Position numbers and translations under genes: made by a program
The notes under the pieces: generated by a model
What the model saw: only the letters and a program-made list of their open reading frames with translations
The model's database searches: none
Told to the model about the DNA's origin: nothing
Assembly (NCBI RefSeq): GCF_009914755.1
Contig: NC_060926.1
Length of the DNA stretch: 64,000 nt
Direction: 5' to 3' (one strand)
Source: the human T2T-CHM13v2.0 reference genome, Homo sapiens
Shown: positions 33,100-44,942 of the stretch, piece by piece
Layout: every line of letters starts with the position of its first letter
Position numbering within the stretch: position 1 is the stretch's first letter

Positions 33100-33345
33100 A
33101 AAAGTAAAGGGATGGAGAAAAATATGCCATGTTAACACTAATAAAAGAAAGCTGAAATAGTTGTGCTAATTTCAGTCTAAGCAAACATCAAAACAAAGAA
33201 AACTGGCATGGATAAAGAGAATTGTTTACATTATGATAAAGAGATAAATTCTATAAGAAGATATAACAATTTCTCATGTATATGTGCCTAACAACATATA
33301 TGTGTCTCAAGTATATGTGCCTAACAACAATTTCTCGTGTACATG

Positions 33346-33395
33346 TGCCATCACTTTTAATGGCAAAATCCACAATTGCTTTTGCACCAACCTAA
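33346..33395. mobile_element. MADE1 (Hsmar1 MITE), right half only
   Basis: 'tgccatcacttttaatggcaaaatccacaattgcttttgcaccaacctaa' followed by TA matches the Hsmar1 terminal inverted repeat. Confidence 0.85.
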
Positions 33396-34847
33396 TAGCA
33401 TTTAATAACGTAAATATAGCTGGGAAATCTCAAAATATTTAAACATACACAGTACACTTCAAAATAACGCAAAGGTCAAGCAGAAGTTTCAAGAGAAATT
33501 AAAAATATTTTGAACTCGATACAAATAAAAATATAACAAAAAATAGGGATGCAGAAAAGCAATCTTTAGAAAAAAATTTATAGTATTGAATACATATGTT
33601 GGAAGACAGGAAATTTGATCTGTGAGGCCAGCATTTCCCTAATGCCAGAACCAGATATAGACATTGTTACATGAAAGGAAAACTAAAGACCAATATCTCT
33701 CACAAACATTGATGCAATTATCCTCAAGAAAATATTTTCAAATCAAATATAAGAATGTTTAAAAAGAATTACAGATATCAACAAAGTGGGATTTATCCCA
33801 GGTATTTGGATCTGGTCCAACATTTGAAAATCACTAATGTAACCCATCATGTCAACAGGCTAAAAAAGAAAAATTATATAATTATAACAATAAATGCAGA
33901 AAATTAAATGACATAATTTAATATCCATTCCTAATAAACACACTCAGCAAAGTAGGAGTAAAGAGGAGCTTCTTCAACGTGATAAAGAACATCTACAAAA
34001 AACCTACAGCTAACGTAATACTTAATGGTAAGAAACTAAATGCTTTCCCCCTAAATTACTAACAAGGCAAGGGTGTCCACTCTTACTCAACATTGTACTT
34101 ACAGTCCTAAAACAATAAGATGTGGAAAGAAAATAAAACATATGCACATTGGGAAAAAATAAATAAAATTGTGTTAGCTTTCAGATGATATCATGGTCTA
34201 TGTAGAAAATCTCAAATAATCTACAAAAATAACTGGGAATAAATATAGTGAAGTTTCAAGATAAAAAGTTACTATACATAAATTAATTGTTTTCACGTAG
34301 GCAATGAACAAATGGAATTTGTAATTAAAAACATAATACCATTACATTAGAAACAAAAATATGAAATATTTAAGTGTAAGTCTTAGTAGATATACACAAT
34401 CTATGTGAGGGAAACTAAAAAACTCTGATGAAAGAAATCAAAGAAGATCTGAGTAAATGCAGAGACAATCTATGTTCATGTATAGGAATACTCTATATTG
34501 TTATTTTAGAATGTCACTTCTTCTTAACTTGATCTGTACATTCAACTCAATCCTAATCAAAATCTCAGCAGGTTATTCTGTGGATATTGGCAAACTGATT
34601 CTAAAGTTTCAATGGAAATTCAACATATCTAAAATAGCCAAGAAAATACTGAAGAAAAACAATATAGAGAACTGAGACTGCTCAACTTCAAGATTTGCTA
34701 TAAAGTTACAGGAACAAAAAGAGCATGATACTGGTGAAAGAATAAACAAATGTATCTGTGGAATACAATAGAAAACCAAGAAATAGATCCAAACAAATAC
34801 AGTCAAATGAACTTTAACAAAGTGCAAAGGAAGTTTAAAGGAGAAAG

Positions 34848-35580
34848 TGAGACATGAAGCCAGCTGGCTTCTGGGTCAGAGGGGTGGGGACTTGGAGAAC
34901 TTTTCTGTCTAGCTAAAGGATTGTAAATGTACCAATCAGCACTCTGTGTCTAGCTGAAGGTTTGTAAACGCACTAATGAGTACTCTGCATGTCTAGCTAA
35001 TCGGGTGGGGATTTGGAGAACTTTTCTGTCTAGCTAAAGGATTGTAAATGCCCCAATCAGTGCTCTGTGTCTGGCTAAAGGATTGTAAATGCACCAATCA
35101 GCATTCTGTCAAAATGGACCAATCAGCACTCTGTAAAATGGACCAATCAACTCTCTGGAAAATGGACCAATCAGCAGGATGTGGGTGGGGCCAAATAAGC
35201 AAATAAAAGCAGGCCACCAGAGCCAGCAGCGGCAACCCACTCGGGTCCCCTTCCATGGTGTGGAAGCTTTGTTCTTCTGCTCTTTGCAATAAATCTTGCT
35301 GCTGCTCACTCTTTGGGTCCACGCTGCCTCTATGAACTGTAACACTCACTGCGAAGGTCTGCAGTTTCACTCTGAAGCGTGAGACTACAAACCCACTGGG
35401 AGGAATGAACAACTCTGGACGGGAGGAAAGAACAACCCCGGATGGGAGGAATGAACAACCCTGGACGTGCTGTCTTTAAGAACTGTAATATTCACTGCGA
35501 AGGTCTGCAGCTTCACTCCTGAAGCCAGGGGGACCATGAACCCATCAGGAGGAATGAACAACTCCGGATGGGAGGAACAC
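34848..35580 (+). mobile_element. LTR12 (HERV9 LTR), 3'-truncated
   Basis: 'tctagctaaaggattgtaaatgcaccaatcagc' U3 repeats and 'gtaacactcactgcgaaggtctgcag' U5 repeats. Confidence 0.93.
34930..35240 (+). promoter_or_regulatory. LTR12 U3 enhancer/promoter: six CCAAT boxes plus TATA-like AATAAAA
   Basis: CCAAT at 34932, 35053, 35094, 35119, 35143 and 35167; 'aaataaaagc' at 35201. NF-Y-driven promoter activity is an established property of LTR12. Confidence 0.6.
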
Positions 35581-36794
35581 ACAAACAAACAACCCTCTTT
35601 TAAATGGGCAAAATAACTGTAGAAACACTTCGCCAAACAAGACATGCAGATGGAAAATAAGCATATGAAAAATGTGTTAACATCACATGTCATTAAGGGA
35701 ATGTGGAAAGCTACAGCCACGTTGGAAGACAGTTTGGCAGTTTTGTACAAAGTTAAACATCATCTTACCGCATAATCCTGTACTGTAATTACACTGCTAT
35801 ATGTTTACCCAAATGAAATGAAAATGTTTGTCCACATAGAAACTCACATGCAAACGTTTATAGTAGATTTGTTAATTACCAAAATCTGGAAGCAACAGGA
35901 TATCTCTTAATAGATTAATGGATAAAAAAGTTGTGCTACATCCATACAATGTAATGTAATAAGGTGCTAGAAAGAAATGAGTTATCATGTCATGAAAACA
36001 CATGGAGGAAACTTAAATGTGTATTTCTAAGTGAATGAAACCAATCTGAAAAGGCTACATACTGTATGATATATGATTCCAATTACATGACATAAAACTA
36101 TAGAGGCAATAAAAAGATTAGTACTTGCCAAGGATTCAGGGGACAGGGTAGTAGGGTAGGGAAAAGGAATTAAAGTAGACAGTTTTCAGGCTGGTGAAAT
36201 TCTTCTGCCTGATACATTAATGGTGGTTACATGATTTTATGAATTTGTAAAGACCAACAGAACTGTACACGAAGAATGAACCCTAACATAAACTAGAGAC
36301 TTTACTTAATAATCGTGTATCAATATTAGTTCATCAGTTGTAACAAAGGTACACCACTAAAGCAAGATGTTATCAATAGTGGAAACTGTGTGTGCAGTGG
36401 GTGGAGGGGAGGAGAGTGGGGAGTATATGGGAACTCTCCGTACTATATGCTAAGTTTATCTGTAAATCTATAACTTCTCTAATAAAGACCACTAATTAAA
36501 ACAAATAAAAATAAAATAAATAAGATTAACTCGGCTTCGTATATTTCTTTTATAAATATAATAAATTATCTTGGCTAGGTCTAATTCTAGACTGTTAGAT
36601 TTGCCTTTTGTTGCTAAGAATAGCTCTCAAAAATTTAAAAAGGTAATTTGGTGTATGCAAATCACAACATTCTATGTCTAAAAATACAATGATGATTTTA
36701 CAGTGATTTAAAAGTCACTCTGGAAATTGCACTACAAGGAACTAAATTCACATACAAGACAAAAGAATGTGCAATATAGGTGTGTGTGAGGATG

Positions 36795-37191
36795 ACATAT
36801 AAATATTCTCATATATATACCTATATATATACACCTATATATACCTATATATATACCTATATATGTGTGTGTATATATATACATATATATGTATAACATC
36901 TTTATGTTATATATAACATTATATAATGTTAACATTATATAATGTTATATATAACATAATTATATATTAATGTTATATATAACATCTTAATGTTATACAT
37001 ATATATATAACATTAAGAGGGAGAAGAGTTGAGTAAAAAAGTTATGTATATGTATATATACATATACATGTATATATAGACACATATACATGTATATACA
37101 TATACATGTGTATATACATATACATGTATATATACATATACATATACATATATCTCTTTTTTACTCAACTCTTCTCCCTCTTAATGTTATA
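36795..37191. repeat. TA-rich low-complexity tract containing a perfect 36-bp inverted repeat
   Basis: 37006-37041 is the exact reverse complement of 37156-37191. Confidence 0.95.
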
Positions 37192-38959
37192 GTCTACTTA
37201 GGACTTCTGAAGAAATCTGATAAGATGATATTGGACAAACTAGAAAAATGACAATGTGCCAAGCAACCTAAAATATATCCGGAATTGAAAAACAACATAG
37301 AGAATCTGAGAATACAAACTGCTAAGGAAGTGTCAGGCTTGGAAACCAATAACTGAATTGTCAAAAAAACTGCTTCTTTAAACAGGTCATGCCAGCCAAT
37401 CCAACAGGCTTTCCTAGGTAAAAGACACATACACTATAATGTGTTAGTTTCTGGTAAGGCAATATAATTATTAGAGTGATGTGTCAACTGTTACTGAATG
37501 TTCTTATATAGTCTTTCTTGGTAAAAAACATAAAATATCCACGATTAAGTTGAGGTGACTGTACATTTCAAATGAGTTATTTATTGAGAGACCTCTGTCC
37601 TTTGAAAAGAAATGCAAGAATGCTATCAGACTGATGATCAGGCAAGATTTGGATTAACAACAAAAATAAAACACAATTCTTATTACTCTAAGAAGAAATG
37701 AGTTTACTGCACTCATTAAAATAGTAAGATGTTGCAACTAACATAGTATTATGGGTATAGTGCTCCTTTTTCTGCTGTCATATTTTAATTTTTCCTGTAC
37801 ATAGAAATTCAATACTTATTTTAAAAGACCTTTGTCCCTTGAAAAACAGCAATTTGTGAAGACTCAGATGGCAAAAATGCAAACCTCTAACCTTCGTACA
37901 GTGTAAATGAGATTATAATTGAGAGAAACACATTTACAATGTTCTTATAATTTAATTCTTTGTAGTCATTTCCATTAGGATCATTTCCATTTTCTAATCA
38001 TAATGATGCTGGCTCAGAAAATACTAAGAAAGGATACATTCTGGATGTCAACTCAACCATCATATTGACGTTTAGTTTTCTGAGAACCCAAATCTCTTTC
38101 CTGATTGAGAAATCATGGAAATAATCTTTCCAAGGTATGATATTAGTAACTGGATTATGTAAAAGGACAGAGATCTACTTTTTTTCTAAATTGTATAGCC
38201 ACTAGAGGAGTATTCTATATAAATGTGGGTCAGAACTAATGGTCTACTCTACATGCCTGGAGTGACTGAGGCAAATTTCTACAAGTTCTCTCTCAGAATT
38301 TTTCAGAATGAAGAGCTTCATAAAAATGATGACGTTTGACCAAAAATACAAACAGTATTTTATAACCTTGTAGACTCTGTTTCTGAACTTTTGTGGCCCT
38401 TTGATTATATATATATATTATACCAGTTCTATCTTTAAGCACTTGTAATCTTTATTTCTGAATGGGTCTTCTATATTTTACCTATCTCTTTAAATACTGA
38501 TGCGGGTAAGAGTTTTTAATAACTTTATCTCCCATTTCATCCAGCATATTCATTTTCACAAATAGCTATTCAATACATATGTATTGAATGGGTGGGTAAA
38601 TTCTTAAGAATATAGTCCAAAGAAGTATTTAATCCTCCTTACTCTATGGAAGAAAACTGTGATAAATATAAGTGTTAAGCTCAAAATGCCTATATTTATG
38701 GATCTTAAAATTAAGAGAGAGAAGAAGCAAATATAAAAACAGGACTGAAAAAAGTATGGTACCATACCTTCACAAAAGCTGTCCTAAGAAGCAAATACAT
38801 ATTGTTAAATGATAAAAATCTGATTAGATCACACTTTGCATAAAACCCTTTGAACTTAGCTGATTGTTTTAAAAATACATTCTAAAGGCATTAGCATTGT
38901 TTCAAAGATCTTAGATCAGACCTCTCTTACCTACACAGCCTCATCTACTGTCACTCTCC

Positions 38960-39400
38960 ACTTTATTCGTTTCATTTATTTATAATTAGTTAAAAATATT
39001 TATTGAGTAACTTTTAAGTGTCAAGCATTATACTAAACACCAATGATGAAGTTGTTGAAAAAAAACAGCAAGATTACTGTTCCTTTGAATATTATATTCC
39101 ACTATACACACGTGGCAAGGGTGGAGGAAGAAATTAGAAGGGATGCAATAAGGAGTCAAACAAGTAAATACGTAAGTAAATGAATGGAGATAATTTCGCA
39201 TAATGATCAGGAATCAAATGGAATACCAGGACAGAAAGTGACTTCTAGGACTGTTCAAGTTTGTGTGTTCAAGATGGCTTCTTGAGGTATGGATTAGAAA
39301 GAATTTCAGGCAACGAGAATAGCCAGCTGCTTAGAATATACCAAAATGTGTATTCTTGTTTGAAACCAATGAGGATGAATATGACAGTAAGGGAGAAGTA
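38960..39400 (-). mobile_element. L2 3' fragment
   Basis: 'ttcatttattta...aaatatttattgagtaac...gtgtcaagcattatacta'. Confidence 0.6.
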
Positions 39401-39621
39401 TCCCACAGCTGTAGTACACAGCTTCCCTTTAAATCACTAGAAATTATTAGCAGCTGCCTTCTAAATTGTAATGTTTGATTGGACTTTCTGAAAATTCTGA
39501 AAGGAGAAATCTGTGCTCCATAGAAAACATAATAAAAAAATTTCTGTGGGCAAATAGAAAGGCATATAGCAATAGTGTGTGCATATATATATATATATAT
39601 ATAGTTGTTCAGATTTCCTTA

Positions 39622-39711
39622 GTTTTTTTGTTTGTTTTACTTTAAGTTCTGGGATACATGTGCAGAACATGCAGGTTTGTTACATAGATATACATGTGAC
39701 ATGGTGGTTTG
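39622..39711 (-). mobile_element. Short L1PA7/8-like 3' end
   Basis: 'actttaagttctgggatacatgtgcagaacatgcaggtttgttacatag'. Confidence 0.85.
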
Positions 39712-39809
39712 AGGATAGCATATTTTCATCTGAGAGTCACAGAGATAAAAATGAAAACTGAAGTATAACTTAATAGGGACTTCATGATGATAGATTTTAA
39801 CAACAAAGT

Positions 39810-39910
39810 TGCTCATGCCCATAATTCCTGTGACCCAGGAGGCCGAGGTGAGAGGATTGCTTTAGCCCTGGAGTTCCAGACCAGCCTGAGCAACATAGCC
39901 AGACCCCAGC
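39810..39910 (+). mobile_element. FLAM/AluJ monomer, interrupted by an LTR
   Basis: 'gaggccgaggtgagaggattgcttt...ggagttccagaccagcctgagcaacatagc'. Continues as 'ccatctcta' at 40282. Confidence 0.75.
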
Positions 39911-40281
39911 TGATATGGTTTGGCTATGTCTTCATCCAAAATCTCATCTTGAATTGCATTCCCTGTAATCCCCATCATCCCCACGTGTCACGGGAGAGAC
40001 CAGGTGTTGGTAATTGAATCATGGCAGCAGTTTCCCCCATTCTCTTCTCAGGCACAGTGAGTAAGTTCTCACGAGATCTTATGGTTTTAAAAGTGTTCGG
40101 TAGGTGTTCTGTTGCTTTTTCTCGCTCTTGCTGTTCTCTGAAGTTCCTTCTGCCGTGATTGTAAGTTTCCGGAGGACTTCCCCAGCCATGATGAACTGTG
40201 AGTCACTTAAACTTCTTTCCTTTATAAATTACCCAGTCCCAGGCAGTTCTTTATAGCAGTGTGAAAATGAGGACTAATGTA
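39911..40281 (+). mobile_element. THE1D/MSTA-like solo LTR
   Basis: TGATATGGTTTGGCT start. 5-bp TSD ccagc/ccatc. Confidence 0.88.
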
Positions 40282-40953
40282 CCATCTCTACTATATAATC
40301 TAACAATTAAAAAATAACAGGTAAGAGTTTTTGAGTCACGCAAGATTGATTTGGGTTCTGTTGAAAAAAAATTGTAGCAAAATGATCCATTGCAAAATTT
40401 TGAGTAATATACTTTGTGGTATAGGTTTTTGTCTATTTTGGGAGCTTGAAATGTGAATATTTTTTGAAAATACTTTTTCACAATTAAAATATGAAAATTT
40501 TCCATAAGCAAAATCTGTTAACATATAGAAGACTTGGTAAATCAATAAGGACATTAAAAATAATTAGAAGATTATTTGTAGTGTTACTTTGAAAGTTACG
40601 TGGCTAAATTTGTCAGATATTTGAAAGTTTAAAACTTCAAATGATTATAGTTTTGAATTTCATTTGCTATGTTTTGTAGGTTAGATTTTTTTTTCTTCAA
40701 GAGGAGTAGGAAGAGTGTGAAGCTCTAGAAAAAAATGTAGATTGTACGTGATTTAGTTATATTTCAGTACTTTTGGTGCTGGCCTTTTTCTTATAACTAT
40801 TGAATGTTTATATATCTTCAGCGAATTTAATAAAAAATAGTTTTCTTCATTGACAGAGAACATTATATCACCAAGTTAAGATAACAAAGTTATTAATAAT
40901 TCCCAATCCCGATTGAGTTCTTTACTGTAGTAATAGCAGTTTTTAAATTTAAA

Positions 40954-40966
40954 ACACACACACACA

Positions 40967-40999
<33 letters not shown>
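40954..40999. repeat. (CA)n microsatellite
   Basis: Direct reading; one interruption. Confidence 0.95.
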
Positions 41000-41001
<2 letters not shown>

Positions 41002-42610
41002 ATATACAAAAGTACTTTATGGATAACCTCCCAATTCTCAATCTGGAGTTTCATAATCCACAGACTAGGTTAATTGATAAGGAAAATTGTCACATATAAA
41101 AGATACTATTTATAAAAGATACTACTTGTATTTGAAAACTTCAAAATCATCACAGTGTAATCCTTTTGACTATAGACCTCGAATATAAGAAAAATGTGTA
41201 TTAAGAACAAACAAGAAGGAATTATGGCAATTAGAAACTGATGAGCAAATGCTAAGTCTCAGGCTATAATGTTTCTAAATAAATACCAATTCAGTTCAGC
41301 TGTGGGCAGCCATCAGCACCATTATTGTGATTTCCATTTGAGCTCGACTTTTCCTAACACCAGCTGATTCCCTCCACATTGCATTCCAACAAACACAGGT
41401 TTGACTGTGCTTCTTCGCACAGCTTTCAGTCACCATGCACAATGAACTTCCAGGGTACATTATTATGGTCGAATAAGACAACTGGATGGAGTTCTAAATC
41501 CATGATTATTTTATTACTGCTATTTAGATATTTGCAAGCCAAGATCACAGGGAGGGTAATCTAATCATGTATTTAAAGTTGCTGCTGGAGGGCTGCTATT
41601 GAAGAAAGGGTTGGACATTTCCTTGGATAGAATTAGCAGCAAACTGCAATTTCCTAAGCACTGTTTTGCCCTTAGTATTTCATTGCCATTTAGTTAGGAT
41701 ACAGTAGATACAGACCAGTCTTATTGTTCATTAACAAAATATTCTTTCTCAAAATATTTCATTTAACTATAAACTATTCTTACTGGTCATTTCCATATGC
41801 AAAAGTGTTTCCTTTCCCTTGAATTTCACAACCTTTTAGATTAATTCAGGATATGTATATTGGACATTTACATTCCACTTATTAATAGAACTAAGCAAGC
41901 CATACTTTCAATGAATAATCCAAGGAAGAAGTATTGATTAAGTAGTTTCATTTGGCTTGGCAATTCTTTTTTCTTGTACATAAAATTGGCATTTTGAAAC
42001 GTGAGTTTAAATTGAATTACTTTGTAGCTACATCCAATGTTCTGAATGACTATCTGAACAAGATCCAAAATCTATATATTACCACAGTTTAATATCTCAG
42101 GCATTTTTCATATTAACTGTAAATCACTTTAATTAAATCTTATAAGCGCAGGAGTTTTCAAGGCTGTTAAATAAGCTGCTCACTTGAAGTATTAAAGTCC
42201 AAACTGTCATATTTTTATACAATGTTAAGCTCGCATTGGCCTCAGTCTGATGAAATGACAGCATTCTTCACTGGTAAAGTGAAGACATGTTAATTTATTA
42301 GCTTAATTTCTGCTGGTGCAACCATTGTATGCGTAACAGGGGTACTTGAAGCAAAGAACAGAAATATGAAGTACATACTGAGATGAGTAGAATCCAAGGA
42401 TCTTGTATAAATGATGGGTGACTGGATTTCTACTTAAAAAAAAGAGCAATCTCTTTTTACTCTTCGTTAAAATGTTAATGCCTTGTGCAAAGTCCTGATA
42501 TTATAATTTTTCTGTATATTCTTGTCTAACAGTGATTTTTCTTAATTAATTACAATTTAAAAGCATTGATGTGTTCAAATATGTTAATATTTTATTGTGA
42601 CCTAAAATGT

Positions 42611-42716
42611 CCATCTTAATTCATTTACAAATTTCAAAAAGACTAATAATATCCTAAATGCCCATCTTAATTCATTTACAAATTTCAAAAAGACTAATAA
42701 TATCCTAAATGCCCAT
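42611..42716. repeat. Perfect 51-bp tandem duplication
   Basis: 42611-42661 is identical to 42662-42712. Confidence 0.95.
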
Positions 42717-42980
42717 TAATAGAAGAATGGGTAAATAAATAGTGGTATCTAATGGAATAAAATAGAAAAAAGAAAATAACAGAGTAACAGTCCATGTCCT
42801 TGAAAGATGAGTAATGCTGTGAGGGGCACAAGAGGGTTTTTGGAGGTACCTGAAACGTTTTCTGTCTTGATCTGGGTGCTGGTTATGTGTTCACTTGTAA
42901 AGTTCATCACATTTTATTTGTGTCTCTTTATTGATGTATCAGTAAGAAGTAGTAAATATTTTATTTTTCAATAAAATGCG
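42665..42980 (+). mobile_element. L1ME-like 3' fragment
   Basis: 'cctaaatgcccattaatagaagaatgggtaaataaat' and 'tcttgatctgggtgctggtta'. Confidence 0.6.
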
Positions 42981-44109
42981 TCACTTGTTCTCTGAAAGGG
43001 GAAACACCAGTTTCCTCAGTATATTAAAAAACCTATTAAAGTATAAAAAGTTAAATTACATAAATTTTGATAAGCTCCTTTAATAAGCTCATTTAAATAA
43101 TACCAATGTTTGAGAATAGTGGCTAAATGAATAAGATATATTTTTAACCAAACTTGGTCTCTAGTAAAGCCTCCATGGTGCCAAGATCTTGTTGTGTGAA
43201 ATTTCCGGTTAAATTAGGGCGGAAAGAGTGAAGGTGGGACGATAATACAACTACTGAGACCAGTTTTGGGATGTCAGGAGAAAGATTTCTTTCCTATCCC
43301 TGGAAACTCACCTTGTATGTATTCCGTAAGCTAGTGAGTTTAAATTAAAAATGAATACTTTCCACTTAAGGTAAAATTATGATGGTGAATTTAGGTTCAT
43401 TTCTCCTGTTATGTGGATACAACCAAAGGTCTGCATCATGTACATACCAAATGAATAACTGGCCAATCACACGGACCCATCTTCAAATCTTTAGAAGCAT
43501 CAAATCAGATGAATGAAAAATGATGGGTCAAACCAATGAGAGCATTTAACAATCAGAAAAGTAGGTTATTTTCTTCTTTAGACCATGTTATTAAAAATGG
43601 TTAAAAACAACTGTCAGAATGGAAGGATGATTCTTAATGAACAAAGAAATCAATATTTTTCCTTTTTTAGAATGGATGGAAATACATTTTCCAGAAGAGG
43701 AGAAAGCAGGCAGTAATATCCTCCTTTAAATTTGTATTGTTTTTGAATGACTGCACATTCTCACGTATTTACATTTGATGTGATAAATCATCACCATTCA
43801 TTGGATATAAAATTCCAGTGAATTTCGGGTATAAAATTGTCATCCTTTTATGTAAGGAAAGAATGGACTAATTTACTTGGTTCATTTTTGAGGTTTACAT
43901 GGGTCTGTTAATTTGTCTTAAGAATTTTACATATTAAATTATATTTGTATGAATATGAACCAAAATAACCACTATATATATAGGCAGTTATACATATTGA
44001 AATACAAATATGACAATTTGTGCTAAAATGTATGTCGTTAGACATGTGTATTTGTTACTCATAAAAGCTCTATACAGAAAATTATCAAGTTGTTACGCAT
44101 AATGTGTAT

Positions 44110-44245
44110 AACTTTTTTACAAATTTACTGAAACATAATTTGCATACCATAAAATTCTACATTTCAAGTTTAAAGTTCAGTGTTTTTTAATACATTCACA
44201 GAGTTGTGCAAATAGGACCACAATTTAATTTTAGAACATTTAAAT
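44110..44245 (-). mobile_element. L1MB-like 3' end fragment
   Basis: 'cataccataaaattc...tacattcacagagttgtgcaa...aattttagaacattt'. Confidence 0.7.
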
Positions 44246-44601
44246 TAAAAATTCCTGGGATGAGAGTTGTTTCTGGCTCCTTATTTTGAGTAGGACTCAT
44301 TCCCTGACTCCTGAGTGAGAAGTCTTTCTTCCTGACTGTTTTGAGAGAGAATTTATTTCGTAACTCCATGAGCTGAGTTTATTTCTTCATGGCTCGCTCT
44401 TTTGAGTGGAAATTTATCCCCTGATTCTGTGGGCTACAAGCCTTTTTTTTTTTCTGGGTCTCTGTGTCAAGTGGGGATTGCTCCCTGACATTTTGGGTTG
44501 GAAGATTGTTTTTTTCCAGGCTCTATGTGAGTACTTCTGTTTCTTTATTTGATCCTGTTTCTCACATGATAACTTCTAGTCAACTCAAATCAACTTTGTG
44601 A

Positions 44602-44942
<341 letters not shown>

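Noticed and set aside
34880-35580. Regularly spaced direct repeats resembling a CRISPR array
   Set aside because: These are the U3 and U5 tandem repeats of LTR12; there are no unique spacers or cas genes.
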